A stretch of DNA of 64,000 nt from NCBI GenBank assembly GCA_963793635.1, contig CAWCAX010000001.1, positions 212,699 through 276,698 of the forward strand, read 5' to 3'. The stretch's first letter is position 1. Each line of letters opens with the position of its first letter. Under the pieces are notes generated by a model that saw nothing but the letters and a program-made list of their open reading frames with translations, did not search any database and had not been told where the DNA came from. The position numbers were made by a program, and so were the translations under genes. This document shows, in pieces, positions 60,148 to 64,000 of the stretch. The DNA comes from an uncultured Planctomycetaceae bacterium (lineage in GTDB: Bacteria > Planctomycetota > Planctomycetia > Pirellulales > PALSA-1355).

Positions 60148-60465
60148 ATGGCGACTGCCCGCAGGAATTCGGCTGCCCAAATCGTGGCCAACGAGGGTCA
60201 TGTCGGCGAGGTGATGCTGTTTGGGGCCGTGGATTTGGTGTTCGACGAAACGGGTGGACCGCTGACCACGGCCGAGATCGCCGCCACGTTGTTCGAGCAG
60301 GGTTTTCCGGCGGGCAATCCGCGTTTGCTCCGCGACGACATCGGCCGGGTGCTCGGCAAGCATCCCGAGTCGTTTTCCAGCGACAGCGCCGGCTGGAGCC
60401 GTCAGGATCCACGGCGTGCTTGTTCCCAGGGTTCAGCCCGGGACCGACAGCAGGGGCAGCGCTGA
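60148..60465 (+). CDS. small hypothetical protein (possibly winged-helix-like)
   Basis: 105-aa ORF with GGAGG about 8 nt upstream of the ATG. 'PLTTAEIAATLFEQGFPAGNPRLLRDDIGRVLGKHPESF' is protein-like. The C-terminal 25 aa are Arg/Gln-rich and may be out of frame. Confidence 0.4.
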   Translation: MATARRNSAAQIVANEGHVGEVMLFGAVDLVFDETGGPLTTAEIAATLFEQGFPAGNPRLLRDDIGRVLGKHPESFSSDSAGWSRQDPRRACSQGSARDRQQGQR

Positions 60466-60632
60466 AGCTGGCCTTCGGGCGGTGCCCGACCTGTGTTCGC
60501 GCCGCTTTCCACAGCTGCTTGACACTCCGCCAGACGGCTTTTAGGATGCGCCGCAGGTTTCTTAAGCGACCGAGCCGGCCGGCCTTGTGGCCGTTTTGGC
60601 GTTTCGCCTGAAGCGGCAGTGACGCACCTCCT

Positions 60633-61625
60633 ATGTCGCTCGCAGAACTGCTGGGCAGCATGTCCAGCGCCGCGTTTATCGAGCAGTATTATCTCAAGCT
60701 GCCCTTTGCGCTGGGTGGCGGGTGCCAGCAGTTTTTGGATCTCGGCAATTGGGACACGGTCGAGCGGATTCTGGCCCAGCCGGACGCCGACACGCTCGTG
60801 GTCAAGAGCGGCTCGCGACGGTCGGTGCCGCAGGTGCTTTCCTATGCCGAGGCCCGGGCCCTGCATGCCGAGGGTTGCACGATCGTCCTGCGTCACGCGG
60901 AGCAGCGCGATCCGGCCATCGCGCGATTTGCCGCCGGATTCAGGCACGACTTGCTCTCGCCCCTGGACGTGCATGTCTATTGCACCCCGGCGAGCCAGTT
61001 CGGGTTCGGCTGGCACTACGACGCGGAGGACGTGTTCATCCTGCAAACCGCCGGCTGCAAGGAGTATTCGCTCCGCAAGAACACCGTCAATCCCTGGCCG
61101 GTGTTGGAAGCCATGCCCGACGATATGGGTTTCCAGCGCGAGATCATGCCGCTGGTAAAATGCTCGCTTGCGGCGGGGGACTGGCTTTACATTCCGGGCG
61201 GTTACTGGCATCGGGCCGAGTCGCGCGAGGACTCGATCTCGGTGGCGATCGGCGTCATGTCCGCCACGGCGCTGGAACTCGTCGACTTCGTCCGCCGGCG
61301 ATTGAGTGGCTCCTTGGTTTGGCGCCAGCGCTTGCCGGTGACCGCCCAGGCCGCGGGAAAGACTGCGGACCAGGTGCGGGCCGAATACGAAGTCTTGTGT
61401 GAACAATTGGGGCAGGATCTGGTGCGGGTGTTCAGCGATCCGCAGACGGCTGTCGAGTTCGAGCGCGCTGCGCCAGCGGCGGTTCGCCGCGGCGCAGGAG
61501 CAAGTGCCGCCGGCAATCGAGCCGGCCGTCGGCGACAGCCGGCAGCGGGGGAATCCGCTGGAAACGGCCGGAAGCGGGTCGCCGGCCAAGGCCCTGGGGC
61601 AATAGCCGTGCAATCTACGGAATAA
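60633..61625 (+). CDS. JmjC/cupin-4 family oxygenase (ribosomal-oxygenase-like)
   Basis: 'FGFGWHYDAEDVFILQTAGCKEYSL' and 'GDWLYIPGGYWHRAES' give the HxD...H facial triad. The last 40 or so aa are Ala/Arg/Gly-rich and of uncertain frame. Confidence 0.7.
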   Translation: MSLAELLGSMSSAAFIEQYYLKLPFALGGGCQQFLDLGNWDTVERILAQPDADTLVVKSGSRRSVPQVLSYAEARALHAEGCTIVLRHAEQRDPAIARFAAGFRHDLLSPLDVHVYCTPASQFGFGWHYDAEDVFILQTAGCKEYSLRKNTVNPWPVLEAMPDDMGFQREIMPLVKCSLAAGDWLYIPGGYWHRAESREDSISVAIGVMSATALELVDFVRRRLSGSLVWRQRLPVTAQAAGKTADQVRAEYEVLCEQLGQDLVRVFSDPQTAVEFERAAPAAVRRGAGASAAGNRAGRRRQPAAGESAGNGRKRVAGQGPGAIAVQSTE

Positions 61626-61921
61626 CTGGGCATTTGCCGAATAACCTGCACGATCGGCATCGGCATTGCGGGCGGACCCTGAAAATTTGCATTTGGCGAA
61701 TCGGTCCTCATTCGGTAGTCTCATTACCTGGGGACCGTGATGGCAAAGTCGACCGATTTTGCCGGTTTTTCCGCTTCCGCGTCATGCGGCTAAATAGTCG
61801 TGTGGCGACCTGCCCGTAGGACGATTTTGATAGTGTGCCAGTCCGGGGGAGTTTGCTTCCCTGGCCCCGCATGTCTGGTTCCCAACCCGCCCGCCTCTCA
61901 CCCCGACCGCCGTGATCTGCG

Positions 61922-64000
61922 ATGTTGAATCTTGCCAAAAAGCAAACCGAAAAGAAGGACACCGAGTCGCTGCCCAATAGCCTGAGCCTGGGTTTCATCG
62001 AAGCGCTGTACGCCGACTACCTGGCCAATCCGTCCAGTGTCTCGTCCGATTGGCGGCGCTACTTTCAGCAGCTCACCAATGGCTCGCGCGCCGACGGCCC
62101 CTCGCTCCGGCCCGTCGTTCCGCCCGCCGAGCCTGTTCAATCCGCCTCCAAGCCGTCGCTGAACGGCGGCGGCGCAACCCGCGATCTGGAAATGGCCCTG
62201 TTGCAGGACCGGGTCGACCAGTTGATTCGGGCTTATCGCGTGCGCGGCCACATGATGGCCAACATCGATCCGTTGGGCATTCCGCGGCCGCCGCCAGCCG
62301 GAGTTGGATCCCGAGTATTACGGCTTCACCGAGGCCGACCTGGATCGCCCGTTCTCGACCGACACCATGCGCGGTCCCGACGTGCTGACCTTGCGGCGGA
62401 TTCTCGAGCGGCTGCGCAACACCTATTGCCGCTCGATCGGCGTGCAGTTCATGCACATGGACGATCTGAGCGTCCGGCAGTGGCTGCAAGACCGGATGGA
62501 AGGCAGCGAAAACCGGCTGACGCTGACCCGCGCCGAGCAACTGCGCATTCTCAAGCGGTTGACCAACGCCACGATTTTCGAGGAATTCATCCAGAAGCGA
62601 TTCCTGGGCACCAAGAGCTTTTCGCTCGAAGGGGCCGAGAGCTTGATCCCGCTGTTGGACCTGACGATCGAAAAGGCGGGCGAGCAGGGCATCCGCGAAA
62701 TCGTGCTGGGCATGGCCCATCGCGGCCGGTTGAACGTGCTGGCCAACATCATGGGCAAGAGCCCGCAGGAAATCTTCCGCGAATTCGCCGACATCGATCC
62801 CAAGCTGCACCTGGGCCGCGGCGACGTCAAATATCACCTGGGCTACAGCTCCGATTGGACGACCCAATCCGGCCAGAAGGTCCACCTGTCGCTGTGCTTC
62901 AATCCCAGCCACTTGGAATTCGTCAATCCCGTGGTGCTGGGGCGCGTGCGGGCCAAGCAGGATCGCGTCGGCAGACGCCAAGCGCGAACAGTGCCTGGGC
63001 CTGCTGATCCACGGCGATGCGGCCATGGCCGGCGAAGGCGTCGTGCAGGAGACCTTCAACCTGAGCCAGCTGGAGGGCTATTCCGTCGGCGGCACGATCC
63101 ACATCGTGATCAACAACCAGATCGGCTTCATCACCTCGCCGTCCGAAGGCCGCTCGAGCATCTATGCCACCGACGTGGCCAAGATGCTGCAGATCCCGAT
63201 CTTCCACGTCAACGGCGAAGACCCGGAAGCCGTGGCCCAGGTGGTCCGCTTGGCCATGGATTTCCGCCACGAGTTCAAGCGCGACGTGGTCATCGACATG
63301 TATTGCTACCGCCGCCGCGGCCACAACGAAAGCGACGAGCCGGCGTTCACCCAGCCGCTGCTGTACCGCGCGATCGAACAGCGCAAAAGCGTCCGCGAGG
63401 GCTATCTGGCCCACCTGCTGGAACTGGGCGAAGTGACCAAGCAGGAGGCCGACCAGATCGTCGGCCGAGGAAACCAGCGAGCTGGAACACGAGCTGTCGG
63501 TGGCCAAGAGCAACGATTACGTCTTTCGCAGCGACGGTCATGCCGGCATCTGGCGGGGCTATCATCGGCGGACGCGAAAACCAGGTGCCCGACGTCGACA
63601 CCGGCGTCGATCGCGATCGAGCTCGTCGCAGCTGCTCGAGGCCGATGCCCGCGTGCCGGCCGACTTTCATCCGCATCCCAAGATCGAAAAGATGCTCGAC
63701 GGCCGGCGGGAAATGGCCCACGGCAAGCGGCCGCTCGATTGGGCCGCCGGCGAAGCGCTGGCCTTTGCCATCGCTGGCCGTCGAAGGACATCGCGTTCGG
63801 CTCAGCGGGCCAGGATTCGACCCGCGGCACGTTCAGCCATCGGCACGCCGTGCTGCACGACTACGAGAACGGCCATCGCTACGAACCGCTGCAGCACCTG
63901 GCCGCCGAGCAAGCGCCGGTCGACATCTACAACAGCCCGCTTGTCGGAATCGCGCGTGCTGGGCTTCGACTACGGCTATAGCCTGGACTGCCCCGACGGG
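61922..64000 (+). CDS. sucA: 2-oxoglutarate dehydrogenase E1 component, 5' part (runs off window), reading frame broken at least six times
   Basis: '[10 protein letters not shown]', '[19 protein letters not shown]', 'SIGVQFMHM', '[16 protein letters not shown]', '[15 protein letters not shown]', '[16 protein letters not shown]' and '[15 protein letters not shown]' appear in successive frames. The frame-0 ORF from about 62290 is open to the window end, so it is absent from the ORF track. Confidence 0.85.

Overview
The window is a GC-rich chromosomal segment that looks planctomycete, probably Pirellulales-like. Supporting this are a Tat-signal DUF1501 protein, an FHA-GAF-PP2C regulator, a TPR/peptidase-MA protein and several families of short intergenic repeats.

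Most of the content is housekeeping:
- apgM and a PGI-like gene
- an rpmF-fabD-fabG-acpP-fabF operon, followed by a secreted protein and a non-canonical KS-like gene
- thrC, dapB, topA, acpS, trpS, pyrD, an HU-family gene
- a class-V aminotransferase, a fused FAD/Fe-S (GlcD/GlcF-like) oxidase, and the 5' part of sucA
- two tRNAs, Glu-CUC and Asp-GUC

I saw no rRNA, no CRISPR array and no intact transposase or integrase.

Accessory content sits in visibly AT-richer islets:
1. 10.0-12.2 kb, bracketed by the two convergent tRNAs and by inverted copies of a composite repeat. It carries a two-gene cassette whose second protein has an Rx4H HEPN-type motif, plus a small-protein/nucleotidyltransferase pair.
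2. 20.3-22.3 kb, with a stand-alone NusA N-terminal+S1 paralog, a miniature kinase-like ORF and small orphans.
3. 34.0-37.2 kb, with an acyltransferase-3/SGNH gene and an FkbM methyltransferase interrupted by an in-frame TAG.
4. 39.4-40.5 kb, with an integrase C-terminal remnant and vapBC.
5. 48.7-49.7 kb, with a Hint-domain remnant, a near-perfect 49-nt palindrome and a small orphan.

Major caveat: many essential genes need repeated frame changes to be read (fabF, fabD, topA, thrC, sucA, trpS and others). This is best explained by assembly indel errors. Gene spans for these are given as repaired spans and are approximate.

Nothing here can be proven to be a new system from sequence alone. The best candidates are the tRNA-bracketed HEPN islet and the NusA-like/kinase-like islet.
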